This document shows, one piece after another, positions 33,192 to 43,962 of a DNA stretch of 64,000 bases; within the stretch, counting starts at the first letter, position 1; the number at the start of each line of letters is the position of its first letter. The stretch comes from Oopsacas minuta (taxonomy: Eukaryota > Animalia > Porifera), in NCBI GenBank assembly GCA_024704765.1, contig JAKMXF010000221.1, positions 372,001 to 436,000 on the forward strand. The letters run 5' to 3'. The notes under the pieces were generated by a model. That model made no database searches. It was not told the origin of the DNA and was given only the letters and a program-made list of their open reading frames with translations. Made by a program: the position numbers and the translations under genes.

Positions 33192-35070
33192 TTAATTCAA
33201 TAAATTATTTGATAAATACAAATCATCCACAATTGTTACTATTTTTAATAACTCTTGAGAAATATAACTCATCTGTCTGAGAGCTACATCTGCACTCGTG
33301 GCTTTGTTCTTACAAAAAATTTCATGTACACTCCTACCACTAGTCTGCTTCAAGATGAAGGAGAATAAGCTCTTAACTACCCAGTTATGGTGTGGCATCA
33401 ATGTAACCTGATATGCATCCATTGCTGCCTTTTCCGATTCAAGATTATTGTCTGATAATCCTGAGCAATATATCTGTATAAAATGTATACTTCTGTTCAA
33501 CCATAATAAACCAATAGTAGCAGATTTATCTGCTTTATGCTCGCCTCTCCATTTCTCAGCTAAGATTAGTTCATTCAATGTTTTATGATTTTCAAGCTTT
33601 GTTTCAATTTTGCAAATATTTCCTAGAATATCACTTTTCATAGGAGCACAAACACTACCAAATAATTGTATCAAAAGGTCAGGAAATTGCCTAGAAGTTT
33701 TTAGAAAAGGGGCCATCTGGATTTTATCAGGTTCTGACAAGGTTACCACAAAGCCGATACTTTGACAAATAGGGGAGAGAACAGTATCTCCGTCAACTAG
33801 AGGGTGGGGGGGAACGAAAGGGGATGGAAGAGACACTGTGTCATCTGGGAGGGTCACACAGTTCTCATAGCACGAGGAAGGTGTAGAGGAGCGATCAGGA
33901 ATAGAGTTAGACAGAGTAAAACTGGTTATAGGGTGGAGATAGGAGGGAGGAGAGAGAAAGGTTTCTTCAGTAACCTGCGTGAGAGATCAATAAACCCATA
34001 GCTAGTTAACTCTCGGGATAATTATATAAAAATAGAATAAGCTACGTATTAATAATCTGTAACATTTAGTCATCTCTCGTTATATTGAAAATAAGATAAC
34101 TACTTCGAAATTTAATGTTACTTTGATGGCTTGGGACCATATTTTGTACTGCGATGTAAGCGGGTATTCCGTGTTCAATATAATGGGAGTGGCTCTAGTG
34201 CATTCGGGCTGAGCACTAAAATACCTATTGAACTGTTATTAATATTTAAATAACAAAATTCACTTTTGAATAAATCACTAATACAATTGTATAATTATGG
34301 ATGGATTATATTAATCAGAGACCTCATATGGTGTGGCAGAAGTAGAGCGAGAGCTCTGAGCTCGAGGAGCAGGGAGACGGGGAAGGAATGGAGAGTCTGA
34401 AGGAGTTATCAAGGGGAGGGTACCCATTGGCTCTGACCCATCATGTGATTCAGATAACATAATATTAGTGATAGATAGACACTCATCAAATGTCGTAAGG
34501 ATAGAATCACAGGTTGATGATATCAACAGACTCAGAGACTGGATTCTCTTAAATTCGTCTATGTTTGATTTAGTTACCGCCTCTACCTCAGTTTTTAGAG
34601 CAGAAATCTGGAAATAACAAGAATATTGAATAATGAACCTATCAAAATGTGTAGTTATACCTCACTTGTCTTAGTAGTAGCTGTCTATTAGTATCGAACT
34701 CATTGCGTTTATCCTTCAACCTCATCACATCAACATTCCTATCTACCCACACGTTACTACCTTCCTTCTCTCGCTTATTATCCTCACTTTCCATTTTAGC
34801 ATTGGCTAGTGCTACTAACCATTGCTGTCTCTCTGAAGAAGTTGAGGCTTTCAGATAAATACACCGTTTAGAAGGCAGTGCTATGTCAAGCCTACAATGG
34901 TCATGAGGGTGTGAGATTGGTCTGCAATGGATTACCTGCACTGATCCCCTGCAGCCCGCCTCCACTTCCTCACAGGACAGGTAGTACGATAGTACTCCTT
35001 GATTCAGGAGAAAATATCGGCGCTTCCATCCTGAGATATAGTTAGTCCATTTACTCAAGTACCCTTCCAT
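33192..35070 (-). CDS. PLEKHA8: FAPP2-like PH + glycolipid-transfer-domain protein; exons 35070-34666, 34607-34323, 33974-33192
   Basis: PH domain MEGYLSKWTNYISGWKRRYF..ERQQWLVAL; GLTP domain APMKSDILGNI, ATIGLLWLNR, AYQVTLMPHHNWVVK. Phases are compatible, but the second donor (GTCTCT) is weak. Confidence 0.82.
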
Positions 35071-35953
35071 TACTGCACTGCTAATACAAATTGAAAGTTA
35101 ATTTCTCACAGAAAATATAAATATAATCAATCTAGCCATTTTGTTAGTATCGATTACGTTATAACAAGTGATAATTGAACGGATATCCTCACAGTAAGTT
35201 CTTATTGAATAGAGCAAAAAGATTTTATAGCAGGGCTTTTGCTAACGTGGTAATTAGCAACACTTGTATGCAATAATTTCTGATATATTTTGGTTTATAG
35301 TTGTCGTGAGCATTTCTATTATTTATGTGGTATCATAATCATAAGGATACGCGTGACGTATCTCCTGATTTTACAACCTGTTGTTTCAAATTACAAACGC
35401 ATAAGATCAGTGGTTGCTAACATACAATTATTATCCATCCACATGTGGCCGATTATATACAAGCAGAAATATGGTATAATCTCTGGTATGGTATCCTCTC
35501 TCAACTGCTGGTGTGTACTCGTGTACTCATCAGTTGGATAGAGAGGATAGAATTGACTAGAGGCTTTGGACTGATTTCTAAGTATACAGGATCTTAGTTC
35601 ACCTGACTCTCGGACATATATTATTCCATAATTATTCTAAATATTAACTCTTGATTGAGTATATCAGTCAGTCAATCCGTTCGTTCGTTCGTCCGTTGTT
35701 CAGGTACCTTGAAACTTGAAATACTTCGTAACAAATAATTCCTAAGCGCCTGCAACAATAAATAATGCAATATTAACCGATTACGGCCAAAGTGTTACGT
35801 TCGTAACGAAAAGGGACAAGTATTATCCAATTCCCCACCCAAATCGAGATTTTAGCACCTTTTTGACGTCATAAAATCACGCATTTTTCTCGGTAGTATT
35901 CGATTAATTACTGCCATATAATATACACCAGTATAGTTACTAGTGAGATTACA

Positions 35954-37704
35954 ATGGATAATCAGCTGACTCTAAGATGGGAAGACATCCATCCTCCCCT
36001 CTCCCCCTCCACTCTACGGGCTCTATCAGGTCTCGGTTTTTGCGAGGCTACACCTGTACAAGCATCTGTCATACCTCACTTCCTCTCAAATAAAGATATC
36101 GTAGCAGAGGCAGTGACAGGCTCTGGCAAAACGCTCGCTTTCTTAATTCCAATCCTAGAAATAATATCTGGTATAATTCCAGTAGAAGATGCTAGCAATA
36201 TATTATCCCTTATTGTCACACCGACTAGAGAGCTGGCCTACCAGATAGATTCTGTGCTGACACAGTGTATAAAGGAGTTCCCGAATTATAGGAGCCTGCT
36301 GGTAGTAGGAGGGTACAGTACACATAAGGATATTAGTTGTCTGAGGGAAGTACGTCCTCATATACTCATCGGAACTCCTGGTATGTTGTTAACTACAAAT
36401 ATTCAAATTGTTATATACTTTTCATAGGAAAACTCTACGATTTACTTCAGCAAAAAGATAACAATCTCTCGAACAGTTTACGAAGTTTAGAAGTTCTGGT
36501 GCTAGATGAGGCTGATAGGCTACTGAGTATGGGATTTGAAGAGTCTGTCACTTCCTTACTCAAATCTCTCCCTAAACAGAGACGCACTGGACTATTCTCT
36601 GCTACACAGACTAATGAAGTAGAGAAGTTAATTAGAGTAGGACTTAGGAATCCGATCAGAATTAATGTTACTCAGCTCAACTCTTCTGTCAGCACCCCAA
36701 TATCTCTCCGAAACTATTATACTCTCACTCCAGCAAATTTGAAACTTGCTTCATTGATTGCATTCCTGAAAGAACATTTGGGTGCTAAGATAATCCTATT
36801 CCTAGCAACCTGTGTGGGTGTGGACTATTTCAGTCGGATACTAGCAGAAGAACTCAAAGATACGAAAGTTCTATCAATTCACGGCAAGATGAAGGATCGG
36901 AGATTTTCCATATTCGATAAATTTCGTAATTTAGAATCCGGGATACTAATGTGTACTGACGTAATGGCAAGGGGTATAGACATCCCAAGTGTAGATTGGG
37001 TGGTGCAGTTCGATCCTCCCTCCATGGCCTCGTTCTTTGTACACAGGGTTGGTAGGACAGCTCGTTGCGGACAAGAGGGCAGATCTCTCCTGTTCCTACT
37101 CCCAAATGAGAAGGAATACATTGCATTCATTCAGTACAATCAAAAAGTAGAATTAGAGTCACTAGCAATTAATACAGATGTACAACCTATGACTGATAGA
37201 ATTCGTGAACTATCAATGAAGGAGAGAGAGGTTTATGAAAAAGGGTTAAGAGCATTTGTATCTTTCATACAATTCTATGCCAAACACGAATGCAATCTAA
37301 TCTTCAGACTAAAAGAATTGGATTTCGGGGGTCTGGCTATGGGCTACGGATTGCTACACCTCCCTTCAATGCCTGAACTACGGAATAAGCGGGTACATTC
37401 CACAGGATTTCTTCCTCATCATATGGACTATGCTACAATCCGCTACAAAGATAAAGTTAGAGAGAAGCAGAGGCTGAAACGGATCAGTGAGGGTACTACT
37501 AAGAAGAAGGAAAAGATTAGGAAGATCCTGGATCTGAATCCTATTCGAAAGAAAAAGCTAAACAAAAAGAAAATGTCAAAACAGATTTCTCACAAATTCT
37601 CTGCTGAAGAACTTGATGAGTTGACTAAAGAAGCTAGGTTACTCAAAAAGTTCAAAATGGGGAAGATATCGAAAAAAGAATTTGAAAGATTAGTTGATGA
37701 TTGA
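35954..37704 (+). CDS. DDX55: DEAD-box RNA helicase DDX55/Spb4; intron 36381-36427
   Basis: Q motif, AVTGSGKT, PTRELA, TPG|K, DEAD, LFSAT, TDVMARGID, HRVGRTAR, ELDFGGLAMGYGLLHLPSMPE. Confidence 0.95.
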
Positions 37705-37850
37705 GATATGTTAAATATGAAAATAAAGTGATTAGAGGAGCAGAATAATCAACAAATTTTAATAACCTTGTCCAGTCAGTCGTTAGATAAGTTATATAGC
37801 AAAGATGTTCTCACGTTCTAATAAATATTAGATATATATTAAAAAACTAA

Positions 37851-37935
37851 AGTCGACATCCGTTATCTCGAACATATTTTCATTCCCCATACCCTTCTCT
37901 ACAACAAATTTGCTTATATCTATTGTCCGTTATCT
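37851..37935. mobile_element. Probable decayed Tigger-like MITE end fragment
   Basis: AGTCGACATCCGTTATCTCGAAC plus an internal repeat TCCGTTATCTAGAA; no matching second terminus found. Confidence 0.35.
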
Positions 37936-38138
37936 AGAAAAGCAGATCTTGAATTTCCTAATTACACACTTGTATGAACTTGACCCAACAACAAGATTTC
38001 CCAATTCAATACATAGGCTTAGATATCAATGCTATGGCTTAGCCTTGCAGAAATTGAATTGATGTATAGAAAGCACTTCTACTAAATGAATTGCATAAAA
38101 TGTGATTTGTAAAATATCTTAAGAAGAATTATAATTCT

Positions 38139-40223
38139 ATGTTCAGTATGTATTCGCGCCTCATGCCTAAATTCAAAAGCATATCCCACGTTTACAGAAT
38201 GTTGAAAAGTTCTAGAATAACTAAGATAATATGTTTAATACTGTTGCTATATCTTATATTTCTAATCCCGAAAAGATCAAGCAAAGATCCCGAAGTGAAT
38301 GCAAAGGAAATTTATGAAAATCTTTCGAACTTAAAACAGATATTAAAACCCCGAATTATACCCAGTGAACTTCATCCAGAAGAGTTTGATACAGATTTTG
38401 ACAGAAATCTCCCTGAACTTAGAAAACGAATTCTGAGACTCTCCAGTCACAAAAAGTTCCCTTCTCATTTCATAAATGTTGATGCTCTATACAGCAATGA
38501 TTTGAATAAGAATCTATTCACAGACATACCAGGGGGGTTTATGAATATTTATACATGGAGAGATCATTGTTCTGAATCAATAGACATATTGAAGGCGAAA
38601 ATAGATTTTCCATGCAATCCTTGGAGAAAATCTGCTACTCATATTCTCGCTACTATCAAGTCTATAGAGTTTACTGGTGTTAGAATATTTGGTTATATAA
38701 TGCCTCCCGTGAGTGGTAGTTATTCATTTCAAGTGTCCTATTTCGGATCTGTTGAGTTATGGCTATCTCCTGATGAACTGCCTTCCAATGCAGTAGAATA
38801 CAAAATATCAATTCCTGATATTGTAACACATTCTGCCAAGGCAAAATGGCAAGTAAGTCACTTCACTGTTAATCTTGTTGCGGACAATAAGCAATACATT
38901 GAGATTCTACATGCTAGCAATACAGAGGGGGTGTTAGAGGTTAAATGGAAAGATAATTCCTCTCCAGATTACAAACCAATACCAACAGAATATATTTATC
39001 CTTTCGTACATGACTTCGGTAATGGAGTTATTCCTGAGACTTACAAATCTACTCTCCCGTTACATGCTCCTAGTTCTGAGCTAACTAACATAATGCATCC
39101 TTTTGATGAGAGGAATACTCTCTTCTTGCATTCTCACGTTGATATTGATGAGTTTGGAGACAGTTTTGCATTTCCTCCTTGTGATTACACCCCGTCTTAT
39201 GTGGATATAGACCCAATAAGAATAGCGAATAACCTCGGTATTATAAATACATACCCTGCTGTCAATCTCTACACACGAATCGTGGAGTTATCAATACGCA
39301 CTGCAGTCATAAGCGAACAATTAATGAACAAAGTTTTGAACCTTTTCATGCATCACTTAATGTTTTCAAACCCTACAGCTCGTCTGTCTCGTCTCATAAA
39401 CATGGAGAGACTTGTTGACAAATTGAATGGTGATTTGTTTCTAGTTGAGGTGCTGATTACTTATGCACAGAATCCACTAAAGGAATATCTCATCTCTGAG
39501 TTCGTAGTATTGGATCACAAAGACTTGCCTCCTTCTCTATTGTGTCATCCTATCGACATGAAGATGCATAGAGATACATTTGTACACTTTCTTGTCACAC
39601 ACAGGAATTTCCCCCAAATGATACGAGAGTTTGTTCAGAACATGGAGCGAGTATATGATGAGAGTGGAGATGAGAATTTTGGTATAATAATAGTAAACTA
39701 TGTGACGCCTCTGATTGACGTAATAACCTTGTTACGTCAGAGCAGACTCAAGCACTGGTCTGTGATTGATTTTGGAGGACCTTGGGAGAAGACGGCAGCT
39801 ATTAATGTAGGAATAGATAGTGTTAAGAATCCAAATGACATAATATACATAACTGATCTGTCTATACATTATCCAGCACATCTACCTGATACTATACGGA
39901 AACACACTTTCCAGGGTTACTCAGGATTTGCTCCTATCATATTCTATTTTTCTTGCGAGTTCAGCGGGCAATCATTCTACGATCAATTCTACTTTGGATT
40001 ATACTCTATAACTGGTTATGGACTGTTTAGTTTGTACAAATCTGATTGGATTAAAGTTGGAGGGATGGATTCCTCTCAGTTCAAAGGTATATGGGGCTTT
40101 GAAGATAACGATCTTGCTAACCGTGTCCTCAAAACTGGCTATGTTGTGTTCAGACTAATAGTGCGAGACTTTTATCACCAAAATCACACTTATTCTGGTC
40201 TATGGGATGATAAAAAATATTGA
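38139..40223 (+). CDS. B4GALNT3/4-like beta-1,4-GalNAc transferase (type II TM, PA14 domain, GT7-like catalytic domain), copy A
   Basis: PA14 GVRIFGYIMPP..GSYSF..VELWLS. Catalytic DLSIHYP..IRKH..FAP..GYGLFSLYKSDW.KVGGM..WGFEDNDL matches the B4GALNT3/4 C-terminus. Confidence 0.88.
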   Translation: MFSMYSRLMPKFKSISHVYRMLKSSRITKIICLILLLYLIFLIPKRSSKDPEVNAKEIYENLSNLKQILKPRIIPSELHPEEFDTDFDRNLPELRKRILRLSSHKKFPSHFINVDALYSNDLNKNLFTDIPGGFMNIYTWRDHCSESIDILKAKIDFPCNPWRKSATHILATIKSIEFTGVRIFGYIMPPVSGSYSFQVSYFGSVELWLSPDELPSNAVEYKISIPDIVTHSAKAKWQVSHFTVNLVADNKQYIEILHASNTEGVLEVKWKDNSSPDYKPIPTEYIYPFVHDFGNGVIPETYKSTLPLHAPSSELTNIMHPFDERNTLFLHSHVDIDEFGDSFAFPPCDYTPSYVDIDPIRIANNLGIINTYPAVNLYTRIVELSIRTAVISEQLMNKVLNLFMHHLMFSNPTARLSRLINMERLVDKLNGDLFLVEVLITYAQNPLKEYLISEFVVLDHKDLPPSLLCHPIDMKMHRDTFVHFLVTHRNFPQMIREFVQNMERVYDESGDENFGIIIVNYVTPLIDVITLLRQSRLKHWSVIDFGGPWEKTAAINVGIDSVKNPNDIIYITDLSIHYPAHLPDTIRKHTFQGYSGFAPIIFYFSCEFSGQSFYDQFYFGLYSITGYGLFSLYKSDWIKVGGMDSSQFKGIWGFEDNDLANRVLKTGYVVFRLIVRDFYHQNHTYSGLWDDKKY

Positions 40224-40722
40224 ACCAAATCGCAGAAATTTTGTTATATTTAGCAAAGTTACATCTCTTGTTTTAGGATGGTGTATGTATGTATATTGAC
40301 AAATAATTATAATCACATATTAACGTGCGTTACGTACACCTTAAAATGGCGGGTGAGCGAAATACAGGCCTTCGTCAGTTACTCAGCGGACGAATGAAGG
40401 CATTAGAGTGCGAGGATTTGATAAAGCTATGGAATACTGGTTGCTAATGTTGGTAGTCAAGACTTAAGTGTATCCAGATCTTACAAAAAAATCCAAACAA
40501 ATACCATAATAACCATTGAGATCAAGAAAATAGTCTGTTCGGGTTAAAACTACTTTACAGAAGCAATGCATCTGAAGAGTTTCGAACCTAGAAAAATCCT
40601 AAACAGATGTTGTTCGCATTGTTCGGACAATATATGTGTGGAGTTAATGTAATTGATATAATAATAGCTATAAACGACAACAATGAAATTAAGTAGTTTT
40701 CTAAGTGAGATATAAAATCAGT

Positions 40723-42771
40723 TCAATATTTTTTACCATCCCATAGACCAGAATAAGTGTGATTTTGGTGATAAAAGTCTCGCACTATTAGTCTGAATAC
40801 AACATAGCCAGTTTTGAGGACACGGTTAGCAAGATCGTTATCTTCAAAGCCCCATATACCTTTGAACTGAGAGGAATCCATCCCTCCAACTTTAATCCAG
40901 TCTGATTTGTACAAACTAAACAGTCCGTAACCAGTTACAGAGTATAATCCAAAGTACTGTTTTTCAATAAACATTTGCATATTAAAGCCACAAGAAAAAT
41001 AGAATATGATAGGAGCAAATCCTGAGTAACCCTGGAAAGTGTGTTTCCGTATAGTATCAGGTAGATGTGCTGGATAATGTATAGACAGATCAGTTATGTA
41101 TATTATGTCATCTGGATTCTTAACACTATCTATTCCTACATTAATAGCTGCCGTCTTCTCCCAAGGTCCTCCAAAATCAATCACAGACCAGTGCTTGAGT
41201 CTGCTCTGACGTAACAAGGTTATTACGTCAATCAGAGGCGTCACATAGTTTACTATTATTATACCAAAATTCTCATCTCCACTCTCATCATATACTCGCT
41301 CCATGTTCTGAACAAACTCTCGTATCATTTGGGGGAAATTCCTGTGTGTGACAAGAAAGTGTACAAATGTATCTCTATGCATCTTCATGTCGATAGGATG
41401 ACACAATAGAGAAGGAGGCAAGTCTTTGTGATCCAATACTACGAACTCAGAGATGAGATATTCCTTTAGTGGATTCTGTGCATAAGTAATCAGCACCTCA
41501 ACTAGAAACAAATCACCATTCAATTCGTCAACAAGTCTCTCCATGTTTATGAGACGAGACAGATGAGCTGTAGGGTTTGAAAACATTAAGTGATGCATGA
41601 AAAGGTTCAAAACTTTGTTCATTAATTGTTCGCTTATGACTGCAGTGCGTATTGATAACTCCACGTGTATTGTGTAGAGATTGACAGCAGGGTATGTATT
41701 TATAATACCGAGGTTATTCGCTATTCTTATTGGGTCTATATCCACATAAGACGGGGTGTAATCACAAGGAGGAAATACAAAACTGTCTCCAAACTCATCA
41801 ATATCAACGTGAGAATGCAAGAAGAGAGTATTCCTCTCATCAAAAGGATGCATTATGTTAGTTAGCTCAGAACTAGGAGCATGTAACGGGAGAGTAGATT
41901 TGTAAGTCTCAGGAATAACTCCATTACCGAAGTCATGTACGAAAGGATAAATATATTCTGTTGGTATTGGTTTGTAATCTGGAGAGGAATTATCTTTCCA
42001 TTTAACCTCTAACACCCCCTCTGTATTGCTAGCATGTAGAATCTCAATGTATTGCTTATTGTCCGCAACAAGATTAACAGTGAAGTGACTTACTTGCCAT
42101 TTTGCCTTGGCAGAATGTGTTACAATATCAGGAATTGATATTTTGTATTCTACTGCATTGGAAGGCAGTTCATCAGGAGATAGCCATAACTCAACAGATC
42201 CGAAATAGGACACTTGAAATGAATAACTACCACTCACGGGAGGCATTATATAACCAAATATTCTAACACCAGTAAACTCTATAGACTTGATAGTAGCGAG
42301 AATATGAGTAGCAGATTTTCTCCAAGGATTGCATGGAAAATCTATTTTCGCCTTCAATATGTCTATTGATTCAGAACAATGATCTCTCCATGTATAAATA
42401 TTCATAAACCCCCCTGGTATGTCTGTGAATAGATTCTTATTCAAATCATTGCTGTATAGAGCATCAACATTTATGAAATGAGAAGGGAACTGGTTGGCAT
42501 TGGATATTCTCAAAATCCGTTTTCTTAGTTTAGGGAGATTGCTATCAAAATCTGGAATTGGCTGACCGAATTCAATTTCAATTTCTAGTCCATCGAGATA
42601 TTTATCAATAGGAAATGGAGAGAATTGTTTTCTTCTTGAATTATTCGTAAATAATACAACAATAAATATCAATAAAAACAAAGATATTAGCTTGATTGTA
42701 CAAGGAGTTTTGCACCATTTGTAGAGCTTGTGGAATAGATGTTTTGTAGTCAAGGCCATAAGAGATATCAT
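40723..42771 (-). CDS. B4GALNT3/4-like transferase, copy B (inverted duplicate of copy A)
   Basis: Near-identical to copy A from FPSHFINVD to the stop codon; the N-terminal ~90 aa are divergent. Confidence 0.88.
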   Translation of the reverse strand: MISLMALTTKHLFHKLYKWCKTPCTIKLISLFLLIFIVVLFTNNSRRKQFSPFPIDKYLDGLEIEIEFGQPIPDFDSNLPKLRKRILRISNANQFPSHFINVDALYSNDLNKNLFTDIPGGFMNIYTWRDHCSESIDILKAKIDFPCNPWRKSATHILATIKSIEFTGVRIFGYIMPPVSGSYSFQVSYFGSVELWLSPDELPSNAVEYKISIPDIVTHSAKAKWQVSHFTVNLVADNKQYIEILHASNTEGVLEVKWKDNSSPDYKPIPTEYIYPFVHDFGNGVIPETYKSTLPLHAPSSELTNIMHPFDERNTLFLHSHVDIDEFGDSFVFPPCDYTPSYVDIDPIRIANNLGIINTYPAVNLYTIHVELSIRTAVISEQLMNKVLNLFMHHLMFSNPTAHLSRLINMERLVDELNGDLFLVEVLITYAQNPLKEYLISEFVVLDHKDLPPSLLCHPIDMKMHRDTFVHFLVTHRNFPQMIREFVQNMERVYDESGDENFGIIIVNYVTPLIDVITLLRQSRLKHWSVIDFGGPWEKTAAINVGIDSVKNPDDIIYITDLSIHYPAHLPDTIRKHTFQGYSGFAPIIFYFSCGFNMQMFIEKQYFGLYSVTGYGLFSLYKSDWIKVGGMDSSQFKGIWGFEDNDLANRVLKTGYVVFRLIVRDFYHQNHTYSGLWDGKKY

Positions 42772-43100
42772 TATAAATGTACTGGGGGTGTGTGTATTGC
42801 AACTGATGCCAAAATTATAATCAGATTTTCCTGACCACTAATAATTTATGGGGTATTAATAATGCGAATATAGCGCCAAGTTACGACACAAAATAACGGC
42901 TAACAATACTAGATATTCTCGTACTAAAAGGTGTTTATGTTGAGAAAATATGCTTATATCAACAATACAATGTGCCTATTTCGGAAACGACTAGGAGCAT
43001 ACTTACTCGACTTTTTATTATATGATTATTTACCCCAGGGGGTTGTTATTTTATTAATGTTGTACATAACTAATATGCTGATTAGTTCTAGACAGCTGTT

Positions 43101-43844
43101 GTGGCTTTTCCAGTTAGATTCATTACCCTCGATCTCTTCGAGACATGTATACATATTCATCCTTCACTCTCTTACCACTATACCCGTGTTGCCAATAATT
43201 ATGGAATTGATTTGTATCAGGAGAAAGTTGAAACTAACTTTCGTTCAGTTTACAAAATGTTTAAACACGACCTTTCTCATTTGTATTATGATCCTGGCAA
43301 GTCTCAAGATTGGTGGCATAGAGTAGCTTCTAGAACTCTTGAACTATCGAGTGTAGCTAAGTTTCCAGATACTACTCGTATCAACCATGTTTCTAGTGAA
43401 TTGTTTGAGGAGTTTAAAACAACTAGATGTTGGTCTGTTTACCCTGATGCTATAGACTTCTTAGAACATTGCCGAGACAATGCCCTACCCATGGCTGGTA
43501 TTTCTAATTTTGATCAGAGACTTTCTCCTCTGCTTTGCAGTTTATCAATAAGTAAATATTTCCTGTTTGTGATGAGTTTAGCCTACAAACCGAGTACATA
43601 CTGCTTTCAAGAAGCTCTCAAACGCACTGGCTATGATCCTAAATATTGTTGCCATATTGGAGATAGTATTCGAGAAGATTGCGTGACTGCTTTATCTATC
43701 GGCATGAAACCGGTTCTTATAAATAGGAGAGAGGACGAAAAATATATTATTCAACAATTGAAAGACTCAGGGGTTGGTGTTGAAGATCTAATTCTAGTTA
43801 AATCTCTCTCAGAATTGAAAAACAAGATAAAAATAAATAAATAG
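43101..43844 (+). CDS. HDHD3: HAD-superfamily hydrolase HDHD3-like; start codon unresolved (GTG at 43101)
   Basis: Motif I ITLDLFET, ISNFDQRL, KP..F..AL, HIGDS.REDC..A..IGM. Confidence 0.8.
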   Translation: MAFPVRFITLDLFETCIHIHPSLSYHYTRVANNYGIDLYQEKVETNFRSVYKMFKHDLSHLYYDPGKSQDWWHRVASRTLELSSVAKFPDTTRINHVSSELFEEFKTTRCWSVYPDAIDFLEHCRDNALPMAGISNFDQRLSPLLCSLSISKYFLFVMSLAYKPSTYCFQEALKRTGYDPKYCCHIGDSIREDCVTALSIGMKPVLINRREDEKYIIQQLKDSGVGVEDLILVKSLSELKNKIKINK

Positions 43845-43962
43845 TTTTCGCTTTTCCAATTCCATCACCGATTCGATTACGAACATTGAATATTTATTTT
43901 ACATAACTTTAGATATATTTTTGAAAGGTAAAGTGATGACTTTTCAACTTTGCAATCTTAAA

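Noticed and set aside
34120-34230. GC-richer island in PLEKHA8 intron 2 as a snoRNA or snRNA
   Set aside because: No correctly placed C/D or H/ACA boxes on the host strand and no match to U1, U2, U4, U5 or U6 sequences I can recall; would need an Infernal/Rfam search.
35290-35541. 83-aa ORF, and similarly 24615-24842 and 60339-60527
   Set aside because: Short, TTG-started or low-complexity, no recognisable domain; likely chance ORFs in spacers.
42931-43326. 131-aa hydrophobic ORF overlapping the start of HDHD3
   Set aside because: Composition reflects AT-rich noncoding sequence plus an alternative frame of HDHD3; at most its 5' part could be an HDHD3 exon.
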